Source: Vicinamibacteria bacterium (GTDB lineage: Bacteria > Acidobacteriota > Vicinamibacteria > Marinacidobacterales > Marinacidobacteraceae). Taken from it: a DNA stretch of 64,000 nt. The first letter of the stretch is position 1. The number at the start of each line of letters is the position of its first letter. Positions 28,389 through 38,335 of the stretch are shown piece by piece. Location: assembly GCA_964291235.2 (NCBI GenBank), contig OZ219816.1, positions 1,952,001 to 2,016,000 on the forward strand. The letters are read 5' to 3'. The notes under the pieces are model-generated. The model was not told where the DNA came from and searched no databases. It worked only from the letters and a program-made list of their open reading frames with translations. Made by a program: the position numbers and the translations under genes.

Positions 28389-29654
28389 TTGACCGAGAGC
28401 GCCAGCGGGGCCTTCTCGCGGAACTGGCTCATGGGGATCCGCGCCGACCTGGTCTGGATCATCCTCTCCGCGGGCATCGGCTGGGCCTACCTGGGGCTGA
28501 TCCTGGGAGCCGGTTCCGGACTGGAGAATCCGCTCACCGACTCCTTCGCCACCCTGCAGATCGGCGACTTCGCGCTACCGCTGAGCCTGGGGCTGGTGGT
28601 GGTCGCCAGTTGGGCGGTGGTCCTCGACGCCCCGCACCTCTTCGCCACCCTCGCGCGCACCGTGCTGGACCCGGAGGAGTGGCGGGTCCGCGGCGGGGTG
28701 CTGGTCGCTTCGTTCGGGTTCTTTCTGCTGGGACCGGCGCTGATCCTCACCCCGCGCTGGCTCTCGTCGGCCGGGTTCCTGCCGCCGGAGGCGATGGCGC
28801 TCGGCAGCGTCGTCTTCCTGGTGTTCTTCCGCCTGTGGGCCTACTACCACGTGGTGCGCCAGCACTGGGGGTTCCTGAGGCTCTACGCCCGGCGGAACCC
28901 GGCGGCCGAGGACGAACTGGAGTCACGGGTGGACCGCATCGCCTTCCCGGTTCTCTTCTACCTGCCGATCGGGTGGTTCCTGACCGCGCCCTGGTACGCG
29001 GCGAGCGGGATGCCCGAGCTTGGATTCGCAACCGAAATGGGTGGCCGGACACTCGGCGCCTGGCTGCACGTTCCGCTGGGATCCGCGTGGCTCCTGACGG
29101 CGCTCGCCTACGCCGCCTTCCAGATCCGGCGCACCCGCCAGGGCGTCCCGCGGAACCTCCCCAAACTCCTGCTCCTCGCGGCGACCGTGCCGCTCCACGC
29201 CGCGGCCTTCTCCGGGCCGCTGCTCGTGCTCTTCGTGGTGCCGCTCGTAACCGCGGGACACAACCTCCAGTACCAGCGATTCGTCTGGGACTACGGGCAG
29301 CGCCGCTATCACGCGGAACGAAGCGCGGCCGCCTTCTCCTTCCGGAATCCGGTTCTGTATTTCGCCCTGGGACTCCTCTTCACCTTCCTCTGCTACCGGG
29401 GGCCGCTGGTTGCCCGGGTGAGTGAGGCGTTTGCGGGGTTCCTGGGCGAATTCCTCCTCCCCTTCGCCGGACTCGTGGCCGGCGCCCCCGGGAGCGGGGG
29501 CGGGAGCCTCGGAGCCGAGGTGGTGGGCGCCTCCCTGCTCGGCTGGGCGATGCAGCACTACTACCTCGACGCGAAGATCTGGCAGGTCTCGAAGGACGAA
29601 CGCCTGCGCCGGGTCCTCCGGACCCCGCTGCCTACTGTCCGAGAGACTTCCTGA
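28389..29654 (+). CDS. Uncharacterised integral membrane protein with four His motifs
   Basis: Strong RBS GGAGGAGG before TTG; about 9-10 TM; 'DAPHLFAT', 'YYHVVRQHWGF', 'GHNLQY', 'HYYLDAKIW'. Confidence 0.75.
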   Translation: MTESASGAFSRNWLMGIRADLVWIILSAGIGWAYLGLILGAGSGLENPLTDSFATLQIGDFALPLSLGLVVVASWAVVLDAPHLFATLARTVLDPEEWRVRGGVLVASFGFFLLGPALILTPRWLSSAGFLPPEAMALGSVVFLVFFRLWAYYHVVRQHWGFLRLYARRNPAAEDELESRVDRIAFPVLFYLPIGWFLTAPWYAASGMPELGFATEMGGRTLGAWLHVPLGSAWLLTALAYAAFQIRRTRQGVPRNLPKLLLLAATVPLHAAAFSGPLLVLFVVPLVTAGHNLQYQRFVWDYGQRRYHAERSAAAFSFRNPVLYFALGLLFTFLCYRGPLVARVSEAFAGFLGEFLLPFAGLVAGAPGSGGGSLGAEVVGASLLGWAMQHYYLDAKIWQVSKDERLRRVLRTPLPTVRETS

Positions 29655-30501
29655 AGGCTTCGATCGTAATTTCCGCGCGGCGGGCGACCATCGCCTGTCC
29701 GTTCGCGATCGTCTGATCCAGCGGGTCGAGCGAGACGCCGTTGATCTCGAACAGCCCCGCGTCGCGGCGCTCGCGCGCCCGGATGGAACCCGGGTCCACC
29801 GTCGCCATGATGGCGTCGTAGTGGTAGTCGTCGTGGATTCCGGCGCGGGAAGCGGACTGCACGTCGGGCTCCTGATGCACGCCCAGCTCCTTGAGCTGTT
29901 CGAAACTCCAGATGTCCTCCGTGTAGTACTCGGGGATGTGGTGGAGGCGGACGCCCGGGTGCGGCGGCTCGGCATTCCAGCGCTCCGCGACTGCCGCCAT
30001 CCCGCGCTGGTTCCCGCCGCTGTCGCCGATCATCAGGATGTCGGTGAACCCGCTGGTCGCGAGGCTCCGCGCCACGTCGGTGAGCACCATCTCGAAGGTC
30101 TCCCGCGTGAGGCTGAAGGTCCCCGGGAAACGCATGTGTCCGGTCGGCGGGTCGTGGTCGCCCTCGGGCACCAGCTTGATGATGGGAGCCACGAGCGCGT
30201 CCCCGAGCCGCCGGGCGATGGCTTCGGTGGTGGCCCGGAGCACCACGTTGTGCTTCCCGGTGACCACGTAAGGCCCGTTCTGTTCGATTCCGCCGGTGGC
30301 CACGATCGCGGTGGTGGCGCCCCCGGCGATCCGGTCACGGACCTCCATCCAGGTGAGTTCCTCGATGAAGACGCTGTCGAAGGCCGCAATGGGCCGCTCC
30401 GCGTCGAGCGCGTTCCAGGGGTGATCCTGGGGGCCCCCGCAGCCGAGGGCCGCCAGGCAGATTGGAAGGACAAGAAAACGGCGGAAAGACATCGCGCCCA
30501 T
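29632..30501 (-). CDS. Creatininase-family lipoprotein
   Basis: Lipobox 'LAALGC'; 'IEELTWMEV', 'GGIEQNGP', 'FPGTFSL', 'DSGGN'. Confidence 0.8.
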   Translation of the reverse strand: MGAMSFRRFLVLPICLAALGCGGPQDHPWNALDAERPIAAFDSVFIEELTWMEVRDRIAGGATTAIVATGGIEQNGPYVVTGKHNVVLRATTEAIARRLGDALVAPIIKLVPEGDHDPPTGHMRFPGTFSLTRETFEMVLTDVARSLATSGFTDILMIGDSGGNQRGMAAVAERWNAEPPHPGVRLHHIPEYYTEDIWSFEQLKELGVHQEPDVQSASRAGIHDDYHYDAIMATVDPGSIRARERRDAGLFEINGVSLDPLDQTIANGQAMVARRAEITIEAFRKSLGQ

Positions 30502-30567
30502 TGTTGGCAGGGCGGGTCCACGGCGCAACCGCATGGCCGGTCGGGAACGGGGGCCGGCGTTCCCGGG

Positions 30568-31680
30568 CTAGGCGGGGAATACCGGGACCGGACCCGCCGG
30601 GCGGAGGCCGACCCGCTGCCCCGGCCGCAGCAGTCCCTGCCAGATCTCCCGCGCCGGCGACCGCGCGGAAATGCACTTGCCCGAAGGGAGACGCGCCTCG
30701 ATGAGCTGGAAGGCGCCGTGGAAGGACGCCCGCGTCAGCACCGCCGACGCGACTCCCGGGTGCCGCTCGTCCACGAACGGCTCGACATGGAGTCCGTCGA
30801 GCGGCAGGAGAACTTCGACCGGACCCGCCAGCGACGCGCCGCCTGCCGCCGGAGCCAGGATCTCGACGCGGCCGATCTCGCAGACCGCGGTCTTCCCGTC
30901 GCTCTCACCCGGGAGAAAGTTGGTTTCGCCCAGGAACTCGGCGCCGGCGCGGCTTCCGGGATCCCGGGCGAGGTCTTCGGGCCGTCCCGACCGCACCACC
31001 CTGCCGTCGAGCAGGAGAACGACCTGGTCCGCGAGCAGGAACGCCTCCTCGCGGTCGTGGGTGACGAGGACCGCGGTCGTCCCCAGGCGCCGGAGGAGCT
31101 GCGCCACCTCCTCCCGCACCCCGGCCCGGCGGGGCGCGTCCAGGTTGGAAAACGGCTCGTCCAGCAGCACCACCGCCGGTTCGGGCGCCAGGGCCCGCGC
31201 GAGCGCCACCCGCTGCTGCTCGCCGCCGGAGAGTTCGTGCGGCCGCTGCTCCGCCATTTCCGACAGGCCGACCATCTGGAGGGCGCCCCAAGCCTTGGTC
31301 AGGCCGGCCGGCCCCGGCACGCCGAAGGCCACGTTCCGAAGAGCCGAGAGGTGCGGAAAGAGCGCGTATTCCTGAAACACGAGTCCCACCCGGCGGGATT
31401 CGGGGGGGACGAACACGCCTTCTCCGCTCACCGTCTGCCCGAGGAGCCGCACCTCGCCCGCGTCCGCCACCTCCAGCCCGGCCACGATGCGGAGCAGCGT
31501 CGTCTTCCCGCCGCCGCTGGGCCCCAAGACGGCGGTCAGGCTTCCCGGCGGGACGTCGAGGTCCACCCCGGCGAGTACCGGACGATCCGCCTCCAAGCCC
31601 TCGTTGCCGCGGAAGCGCTTCTCGATCGCCCGGCAGCGAAGCGCCAGCTCGGCGGCCCTGCCGCCCAGGCTGCTCATCAC
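30568..31680 (-). CDS. Fe3+ ABC transporter ATP-binding protein (FbpC-like)
   Basis: 'GPSGGGKTT', 'VFQEYALFPHL', 'LSGGEQQRVALARAL', 'LLDEPFSNLD'. Confidence 0.9.
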   Translation of the reverse strand: MMSSLGGRAAELALRCRAIEKRFRGNEGLEADRPVLAGVDLDVPPGSLTAVLGPSGGGKTTLLRIVAGLEVADAGEVRLLGQTVSGEGVFVPPESRRVGLVFQEYALFPHLSALRNVAFGVPGPAGLTKAWGALQMVGLSEMAEQRPHELSGGEQQRVALARALAPEPAVVLLDEPFSNLDAPRRAGVREEVAQLLRRLGTTAVLVTHDREEAFLLADQVVLLLDGRVVRSGRPEDLARDPGSRAGAEFLGETNFLPGESDGKTAVCEIGRVEILAPAAGGASLAGPVEVLLPLDGLHVEPFVDERHPGVASAVLTRASFHGAFQLIEARLPSGKCISARSPAREIWQGLLRPGQRVGLRPAGPVPVFPA

Positions 31681-33266
31681 CGCACCGCCGGGCGAAGCGG
31701 ACGTCCCGGACGCAGCACCACGAGCAAGGTGGCGGCGCAGAAAACCAGGAGGACCAGGGAGGCGGCCGCCGCCCGGCCGAGTTCCACGTTCTCCGCCGCG
31801 CTCCAGACGGTGGTCGCGAGGGTGGTGTAGCCGGTCGGCGCCAGCATCAGGGTGGCGGGCAACTCCTTGACGCTGGTCAGGAACACGAGCGCGAGGCCCG
31901 ACGCAAGACCGGGGGCGAGGAGCGGCAGCGTGATCCGCAGGTGCCGGCGCATCCAGCGGGCGCCGAGCGACCGCGCCGCGTCATCGAGCCGCGGGCTGAG
32001 CGGCCCCAGCGTGGCCTCGAGCGGCGCGATCGCCTGCGGCAGCATGTGGACGGCGTAGGCGAAGACCAGGAGCGCCAGCGTCTGGTAGAGGAAGGGAGCC
32101 ACGTTGACCGCGAAGAAGACGAGCGACAGGCCCACGACCAGTCCGGGCAGCCCGAAGCCGATGTGCGAAATGGCGCGCAGGGCGGAACTCCGCCGGGACG
32201 GGAAGCGCACGGTCAGGAAAGCCACCGGAATCGCGAGTGCGGTCGTCGCGACCGCGGCGAGGAGGGATACGAGCCCCGTCCGGCCAAGTGCGGGAACCAG
32301 TCCCGCCAGCGCTCCGTCAGGCGCCTGGATGAGCCAGTAGAGACACACCCCGACCGGCAGAACGAGCGCGGGGAGCAGCACGAGCAGGCAAAAGCCCAGA
32401 CCGGCCCAGGTCCAGCGGCCGAGCGCGTGGATGCGGGGCGGGCGGGACTGGGTGGCGCCGGGCGACGGACCGGAAGCCTTGTCGAAGCGACTGGCGGCGG
32501 CAAGCACCAGGAGGGTCGCGAGCACGAGCAGGAGCGCGAGTCCCGCCGCGGTGTGCCGGTCGAGGGATCCGCGCACCTGGTTGTAGATGGCCCAGGTGAA
32601 CGTCTCGTAGCGCAGCAGGGAGACGGCGCCGAAGTCGCTTAGCGTGTAGAGCGCGGCGAGCAATCCGCCGGAAAGAAGCGCGGTGGACAACAGCGGCAGG
32701 GTCACCCGCCGGAAGCGCCGCCAGCGGCCGGCGCCAAGCACTCGCGCGGCGTCGTCCAGCGAGGAATCGAGGACCGCGAACCGGGCGCGGGCCGCCAGGT
32801 ACACGTAGGGGTAGTTGAGAAGTACGAGCACCAGAAAGGCGCCGGGGAAGCCGTAGATCTCGGGAAGCCGCTCCCAGCCGGTGAAGGGCTCGAGCGCGCG
32901 TTGGAGGAGTCCGCGCGGGCCGAGGGCGGTAGCCACGGTGAATGCCGCCACGTAGGACGGCACCGCGAGCGGCAGGGCGAGAAGACCGGTCAGGATGCGC
33001 CGGCCCGGAAGATCGGTCCGCGCGGTGAGCCACGCGAGCGGCAGCCCCAGCGCTGCGGCTCCCACTGCCACCGCTCCCGTCAGGAGGAGCGTCCTTCCCG
33101 CGATCCCGATGCTGCGTTCGCGCAGCAGTACGTCGAACAGCCCCCCGCCGGCGATCGCCCGTCCGGCCAGATAGAGAAGCGGCAGCAGGCACATCGCCGC
33201 GACGACGATGCCGGCAGCACGAAGCCGCCGCGACGGCCAGCGGGTTCGGCGCGCCGGAATGCTCAT
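31677..33266 (-). CDS. Fe3+ ABC transporter permease (FbpB-like)
   Basis: Two EAA loops ('LDDAARVLG', 'LDDAARSLG'), 'LSDFGAVSLL', 'KELPATLML'. Confidence 0.9.
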   Translation of the reverse strand: MSIPARRTRWPSRRLRAAGIVVAAMCLLPLLYLAGRAIAGGGLFDVLLRERSIGIAGRTLLLTGAVAVGAAALGLPLAWLTARTDLPGRRILTGLLALPLAVPSYVAAFTVATALGPRGLLQRALEPFTGWERLPEIYGFPGAFLVLVLLNYPYVYLAARARFAVLDSSLDDAARVLGAGRWRRFRRVTLPLLSTALLSGGLLAALYTLSDFGAVSLLRYETFTWAIYNQVRGSLDRHTAAGLALLLVLATLLVLAAASRFDKASGPSPGATQSRPPRIHALGRWTWAGLGFCLLVLLPALVLPVGVCLYWLIQAPDGALAGLVPALGRTGLVSLLAAVATTALAIPVAFLTVRFPSRRSSALRAISHIGFGLPGLVVGLSLVFFAVNVAPFLYQTLALLVFAYAVHMLPQAIAPLEATLGPLSPRLDDAARSLGARWMRRHLRITLPLLAPGLASGLALVFLTSVKELPATLMLAPTGYTTLATTVWSAAENVELGRAAAASLVLLVFCAATLLVVLRPGRPLRPAVR

Positions 33267-33362
33267 CGCTTCCGGTGAAGGCTGTTCATGATTTCGCCAC
33301 CTGCCACCGGTGGCGCGGACGGTGCTCCGGGCGGGGGACGCGCCCCGGACCCGGAGAACCGG

Positions 33363-34403
33363 CTATATCGCTCCTACCTCACGGAGGAGATCCAGCGTCC
33401 CCCGCAGGTCGTCGAGGTCCCCGAGCGCCAGATCCGGAGGGTTGATTTCGGCAAGCGGCGTAACCGCGGGATCCGTGGCGATCCCCGGGACCAGCGGGTA
33501 CTCGAAGGTTTCCCGGGCGAAGCGCTCCTGCGCGGACTCGGTGAGCAGGTACGCCAGAAAACGCTCGGCTCCCTCGGGGTTGGCCGCGGTGTTCACCACG
33601 CCTCCCCCCGAGATGTTGATGAGCCCGCCGGCGCCGCCTCCCCTGGGGCTCACCGTACGGGCCGCGAACTCTGGTCCATGCTGGACGAGGAAGCGGAACA
33701 GGTAGTAGTGGTTGGAGAGCGCGAGTTCCACCTCGCCGTCCGCAACCGCCTGGTAGATGGCCGAGTTGTTCGGATACGCCACCGGTTCGTTCGCCAGGAC
33801 GCCCTCGAGCCATGCCCGGGCAGCGTCCTCTCCCTCGAGCAGCCGGACCGCCGTCACGAACGCCTGGAACGATCCGTTCGTCGGCGCCCAGCCGATCCGG
33901 CCCTTCCAGCGAGGATCGGTCAGGCCCTCGATCGTGTCCGGCAGGTCCTCGGGGGCAAGAAGCTCGGTGTTATACACGAACACCCGGGCGCGGCCGGTGG
34001 TACCCACCCAGCGCCCATCCGGATCCCGGAAACGATCGGACACCCGGTCGAGGATCGACTCGGGAAGCGGGCTCAGGCGGCCTTCGCTGGCGAGTTGGCC
34101 GAGCGCCCCCGCGTCCTGGCCGTAGTACACGTCCGCCGGACTCTGGTCACCCTCTTCGAGGATCTGCGCAGCAAGGTCCGCGGTACCGCCGTAGCGGATC
34201 TCCACCTGAATCCCGGTCTCCGCCTGGAAGGCCTCCACCACCGGCCCGACGAGCGATTCGCCGCGGCCGCAGTAGATTGTGAGGGTCTCGGGTTCCGGCG
34301 CACCGGTGCAGCCGGCCGCCGCGGTGAGCACAATTGCGACGGCTGCCAGCGCGCCGGAACCCGGCGCCGACGGCCTCTTTTCGATATTGAAAGTGGGTTT
34401 CAT
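33363..34403 (-). CDS. Fe3+ ABC transporter substrate-binding lipoprotein (FbpA/FutA-like)
   Basis: Lipobox 'AAGC'; 'SPADVY', 'GRARV', 'WAPTNGSFQ', 'NHYY' Tyr-Tyr iron ligands. Confidence 0.9.
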   Translation of the reverse strand: MKPTFNIEKRPSAPGSGALAAVAIVLTAAAGCTGAPEPETLTIYCGRGESLVGPVVEAFQAETGIQVEIRYGGTADLAAQILEEGDQSPADVYYGQDAGALGQLASEGRLSPLPESILDRVSDRFRDPDGRWVGTTGRARVFVYNTELLAPEDLPDTIEGLTDPRWKGRIGWAPTNGSFQAFVTAVRLLEGEDAARAWLEGVLANEPVAYPNNSAIYQAVADGEVELALSNHYYLFRFLVQHGPEFAARTVSPRGGGAGGLINISGGGVVNTAANPEGAERFLAYLLTESAQERFARETFEYPLVPGIATDPAVTPLAEINPPDLALGDLDDLRGTLDLLREVGAI

Positions 34404-34420
34404 AGTTGATAACTCTAGCA
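34386..34420 (-). promoter_or_regulatory. Extended -10 promoter plus Fur-box-like palindrome over the fbpA-like start codon
   Basis: Minus strand TGC-TAGAGT-N8-ATG; plus strand TGAAAGTGGGTTTCA (34388-34402), an imperfect 7-1-7 palindrome in an AT-rich patch. Confidence 0.5.
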
Positions 34421-34467
34421 AACGCCGGACTTCGGTGCGGGGATTGCAGGCTCGGAGTTCCCATCCC

Positions 34468-35583
34468 ATGCGCGTTCCAGTAATCCCCTTCCCGGCTGTC
34501 CTGGCGGTCCTGAGCCTTGCGGGCAGCGCTTTGGCGGCGCCCGGGGCCCAGATCGAACTGGAACGACGGGTCTCCGCGGTGTACCGCTCCGCAAGTCCGG
34601 CGGTCGTGAACATCACCGCGGAGATCCAGAGCTACGACTGGTTCCGCGGCCAGGTCACGCAGGAAGGCTCCGGCTCGGGATTCGTCTATGACCGGGACGG
34701 CCGCATCGTCACGAACTACCACGTCGTGGAGGGAGCCGATCAGCTCCAGGTCACCTTCGCCGACGGCGAAGTGCGCGACGCCCGGCTCGTGGGGGCCGAC
34801 CCTTCGAACGACCTGGCCGTTCTCGAGGTGGGAGCCGGCGCCAACGATCCGGAACCCCTCACCCTCGGTGACTCCGAGGCTCTTGAAGTCGGGCGGTTCG
34901 TGGTGGCCATCGGGCACCCGTTTGGCCTCGACCAGACCCTTACCACCGGGGTGGTGAGCGGCCTCGGCCGCGTCATCGAGAGTCCGGATCAGGGATTCAT
35001 CGGCGAGATCATTCAGACGGACGCGGCGATCAACCAGGGGAACTCCGGGGGGCCGCTCCTCGACCTCGACGGCCGCCTGGTCGGGGTGAACAGCGCCATC
35101 GTGAGCCCCACCGGGACCTCGGCGGGAATCGGATATGCGATTCCCGCCGCGACCCTGGTGCGCGTGGTGCCCGAACTCATTCGAAACGGCAGGTATCCCC
35201 ATCCCCACCTGGCGATCTCCGTTCAGGAAGTGCAACCCCGGTTCGCCGCCTACTTTCGCCGGGTCGGAATCCCCGCCCCTCCCGAGGGAGGGCTCATGAT
35301 CCGGGCGGTCGCCCGGGGCGGGCCGGCCGACAGCGCCGGACTGCGCGGAGCCGGCCAGGTGGGCCGGATCGGCAACCTGCGGGTGCGTTACGGCGGGGAC
35401 TACCTGCTGGCGGTGGACGGGCAGACGGTGACCGCCGAACGGGATCTCCTGCTCCTGCTGGAAACGAACTACCGGGTCGGGGACGAGGTCGAGCTTCGGA
35501 TCTGGCGGGATGATCTCGAACTCGACGTGCAGGTGCGGCTCATCGACCGCGACACCGTGGTGAGACGGCGGCGACGGCGCTGA
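34468..35583 (+). CDS. HtrA/DegP-like serine protease with PDZ domain
   Basis: 'GSGSGF', 'TNYHVV', 'DLAVL', 'QTDAAINQGNSGGPL'; signal peptide. Confidence 0.92.
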   Translation: MRVPVIPFPAVLAVLSLAGSALAAPGAQIELERRVSAVYRSASPAVVNITAEIQSYDWFRGQVTQEGSGSGFVYDRDGRIVTNYHVVEGADQLQVTFADGEVRDARLVGADPSNDLAVLEVGAGANDPEPLTLGDSEALEVGRFVVAIGHPFGLDQTLTTGVVSGLGRVIESPDQGFIGEIIQTDAAINQGNSGGPLLDLDGRLVGVNSAIVSPTGTSAGIGYAIPAATLVRVVPELIRNGRYPHPHLAISVQEVQPRFAAYFRRVGIPAPPEGGLMIRAVARGGPADSAGLRGAGQVGRIGNLRVRYGGDYLLAVDGQTVTAERDLLLLLETNYRVGDEVELRIWRDDLELDVQVRLIDRDTVVRRRRRR

Positions 35584-35587
35584 GACC

Positions 35588-37321
35588 TCAATGTCTCTTC
35601 AGTAACCGGAACAATAAAAAGGCTGAGGCCACCCCGAGGACCGCCCAGCCTACGAGGGCTGCGGTCCCGTGCGCGAAGAGCAGCGCCCCCACCCCGAACA
35701 GCACCGAATAGACCATCACGCAGGCCACCGGCCACGCGAGGAACGCGCGGGCCGCCGGCTCGGGGCGCGTCCCGGTGCGCGCGTACGCGGCGCCCCAGCC
35801 GGCCTGCGGCGGCCGGGTGCGCTCGACGAACGCGTCAAGCGTCGCTTTCGATTCCGGCCGCGTCATCAGCGTGGCGCCCAGCCAGACCACCGTGGTCGCG
35901 GCGAGGCCGATCACGAGACCGCGGATCGAGCCCGGTTCGATCCCGAGGAGCGGGAGGGACACCGCTACTGCCAGGGATCCCGCCATCGCGGCGATCTCGC
36001 TCCAGGCGTTGATGCGCCACCACAACCACCGGGCGATGAAGAGGGGGCCGGTGCCGGCGCCGATCTGGAGCAGCAGGCCGAAACCTCCCCGGGCGGTATC
36101 GATGAAGAGGGTGAGCAACCCTGCCGCCGCCATCAGCACGACGGTCGCGACGCGCGCGACCACCACGGATTCCCGGGCGCCGGCGCCCGACCGGAAGAAC
36201 CGCCGGTAAACATCCTCCACCACATAGGAGGCGCCCCAGTTGAGGTGGGTGTCCACGGTGGACATGTAGGCGCCGGCGAGCGAGGCGGCGGCCAGTCCCA
36301 ATAGTCCGGGCGGCAGCAGCCGGAGCATGAGCGGATACGCGAGGTCGTCACCGACCAGCGCCGGGTCGAGCCCGGGCAGCGCGTCGCGGAGCGCCGCGAC
36401 ATCCGGATACACGGCCAGGGAGGCCAGGGCGACGAGAATCCAGGGCCAGGGCCGCAGGGTGTAGTGCGCGATGTTGAACCAGAGCGTTCCCCGGAGAGCG
36501 TCCTTCTCGCTGCGGGCCGCCAGCATCCGCTGGGCGATGTAACCGCCGCCTCCGGGCTCCGCTCCGGGGTACCAGACGCTCCACCACTGGAGCGCGACCG
36601 GCACCACAAAGAGGACCGCGAACGCTTCGGTCCCGGTAGGCGGAACGACGGCGAGGCGATCCCCGAACTGCTCGACGAGTCCCGAAAGACCGCCCACCGC
36701 CGGATGGTCCAGCGCCCAGACGGCGGCCACCACCGCCCCCACCATGGACAGGACGAATTGCAGGAGGTCGGTAACCACCACGCCCCAAAAACCCGCCACC
36801 ACCGCGTACGCGGCCGCGAGACTGCCGGCGATCAGCACCGCGGTGGACTTTTCGAGGCCGAAGAGGACCCCTCCGATCTTGGCGCCCGCCAGGGTGACGG
36901 TGGCAATAACCACGCAGTTGAAGAAGACCCCGAGATAGACCGCGCGAAAACCTCGCAGGAAAGCGGCCGGCTTTCCCGAATAGCGGATCTCGTAGAACCC
37001 GAGATCGGTGGTCAGGCGGCTCCGCCGCCAGAGCGGCGCGAAGACGAACACCGTGAGCATGCCCGTGATGCAGAAAGCCCACCAGGCCCAATTGGCGGCC
37101 ACGCCGTTTTGGCGAACGAGCTCGGCGACGAGGTTCGGGGTGTCGGTGGAAAACGTCGTCGCCACCATGGAGGTGCCGAGCAGCCACCAGGGAAGCCGCC
37201 GGCCGGCGAGGAAGAAGGAGTCGCTGTCCTTGGCCGCGAAACGGACCGCCCAGAGGCCGATGGCGAGCACGGCGCCGAGGTAGAGCCCGAAGACGATCCA
37301 GTCGAGCCCGCCAAAAGCCAC
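35588..37321 (-). CDS. Sodium:solute symporter (SSS) family protein
   Basis: 'FFLAGRRLPWW..GTSMVATTF', 'YIAQRMLAAR', 'MSTVDTHLNWG'; GTG start at 37321 preferred. Confidence 0.9.
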   Translation of the reverse strand: MAFGGLDWIVFGLYLGAVLAIGLWAVRFAAKDSDSFFLAGRRLPWWLLGTSMVATTFSTDTPNLVAELVRQNGVAANWAWWAFCITGMLTVFVFAPLWRRSRLTTDLGFYEIRYSGKPAAFLRGFRAVYLGVFFNCVVIATVTLAGAKIGGVLFGLEKSTAVLIAGSLAAAYAVVAGFWGVVVTDLLQFVLSMVGAVVAAVWALDHPAVGGLSGLVEQFGDRLAVVPPTGTEAFAVLFVVPVALQWWSVWYPGAEPGGGGYIAQRMLAARSEKDALRGTLWFNIAHYTLRPWPWILVALASLAVYPDVAALRDALPGLDPALVGDDLAYPLMLRLLPPGLLGLAAASLAGAYMSTVDTHLNWGASYVVEDVYRRFFRSGAGARESVVVARVATVVLMAAAGLLTLFIDTARGGFGLLLQIGAGTGPLFIARWLWWRINAWSEIAAMAGSLAVAVSLPLLGIEPGSIRGLVIGLAATTVVWLGATLMTRPESKATLDAFVERTRPPQAGWGAAYARTGTRPEPAARAFLAWPVACVMVYSVLFGVGALLFAHGTAALVGWAVLGVASAFLLFRLLKRH

Positions 37322-37449
37322 GCGCGAACCGTAACCCGTCGAGCGGATCCCGGATCGGGCCACCGGCCAAATCGATGCGTTTCCTTCGCCGCCATCCAGG
37401 TTGCGTTCCCCGCTGCCCGGTCGGGGCGCGCCCTAAACTCCCGTCCCCT

Positions 37450-38316
37450 ATGCGGGTGGCGGCGGTCCTCGGGATCTTCCTGGCGTCGGCTACTGCGGCG
37501 GCGGCCCAGGGGGTGCAGATCGGGGACAACCAGGCCGCGGTGGCGCTGCTCGAGCGGGTGCTGGAGCGCCGTCAGGAGGTCCGCCCCCTCGAGGGACACC
37601 TCACGTTCCGCCAGTTGATCACCACCGAGCGGCTCAACGAAGAGCGGAACGTCGTTTCCAGCGCCAACGCGCTGTACGAATACCGGCCGGAGCACGGCCG
37701 CCACCTCTGGAAGCTGCTGGAACTCGACGGGGATCCGATCGCGGGGCGGCGTCTTCGGCGGGAAGACCGGCGCTACCGGCGGGCCATCGAAGCGGCGAAG
37801 GAAGAGGCCGAAGAGGATCGCCTGGCTCGGGAGCGTCAGGATCCGGACTACGAAATGCGCCCCAAGAACGGGATGGACCTCTTCTACAAGATCGTGAAGG
37901 ACGCAATCGAAATGGAGATGTTCGAGGGCGAGTTGTTCGAAGGCCCGCACTGGCGCGGCCGGCCCATGCAGGTCATCCGTTTCCGGCCCCGCCCGGGGTT
38001 CGACGACGCTCCCAACCGGATGATGTCCGTCGTTTCCAAGTGCGAAGGGGAATTGTGGGTGGATACCGACAATCTCCAGATCGCCCGGGTGCGCACCGTT
38101 CTCCAGGAGGAGGAGAACTTCGTCGCCGGCCTCTTCGGGCGCCTCCACCGGGGGACGAGCGCCGACGTGGAGAGCGAGTTCGACGGGAACCTCTGGCTGC
38201 CGCAACGCGTGACCATGACCGTGGACGCCCGGATGTTCTTCTTCCGCCGAATTCGCAGGCGGGTTCTTTATGACTTTCTCGGCTTTCGTTCGCTCGCGGC
38301 GACAGCGGACCGATAG
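37450..38316 (+). CDS. Hypothetical exported protein (LolA-like/outer-membrane-sorting-like fold possible)
   Basis: Signal peptide 'MRVAAVLGIFLASATAAAAQ'; 'FRPRPGF...GELWVD...IAR', 'WLPQRV'; codon usage typical of the window. Confidence 0.65.
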   Translation: MRVAAVLGIFLASATAAAAQGVQIGDNQAAVALLERVLERRQEVRPLEGHLTFRQLITTERLNEERNVVSSANALYEYRPEHGRHLWKLLELDGDPIAGRRLRREDRRYRRAIEAAKEEAEEDRLARERQDPDYEMRPKNGMDLFYKIVKDAIEMEMFEGELFEGPHWRGRPMQVIRFRPRPGFDDAPNRMMSVVSKCEGELWVDTDNLQIARVRTVLQEEENFVAGLFGRLHRGTSADVESEFDGNLWLPQRVTMTVDARMFFFRRIRRRVLYDFLGFRSLAATADR

Positions 38317-38335
38317 GCTTACGGATTCGCGCGTC

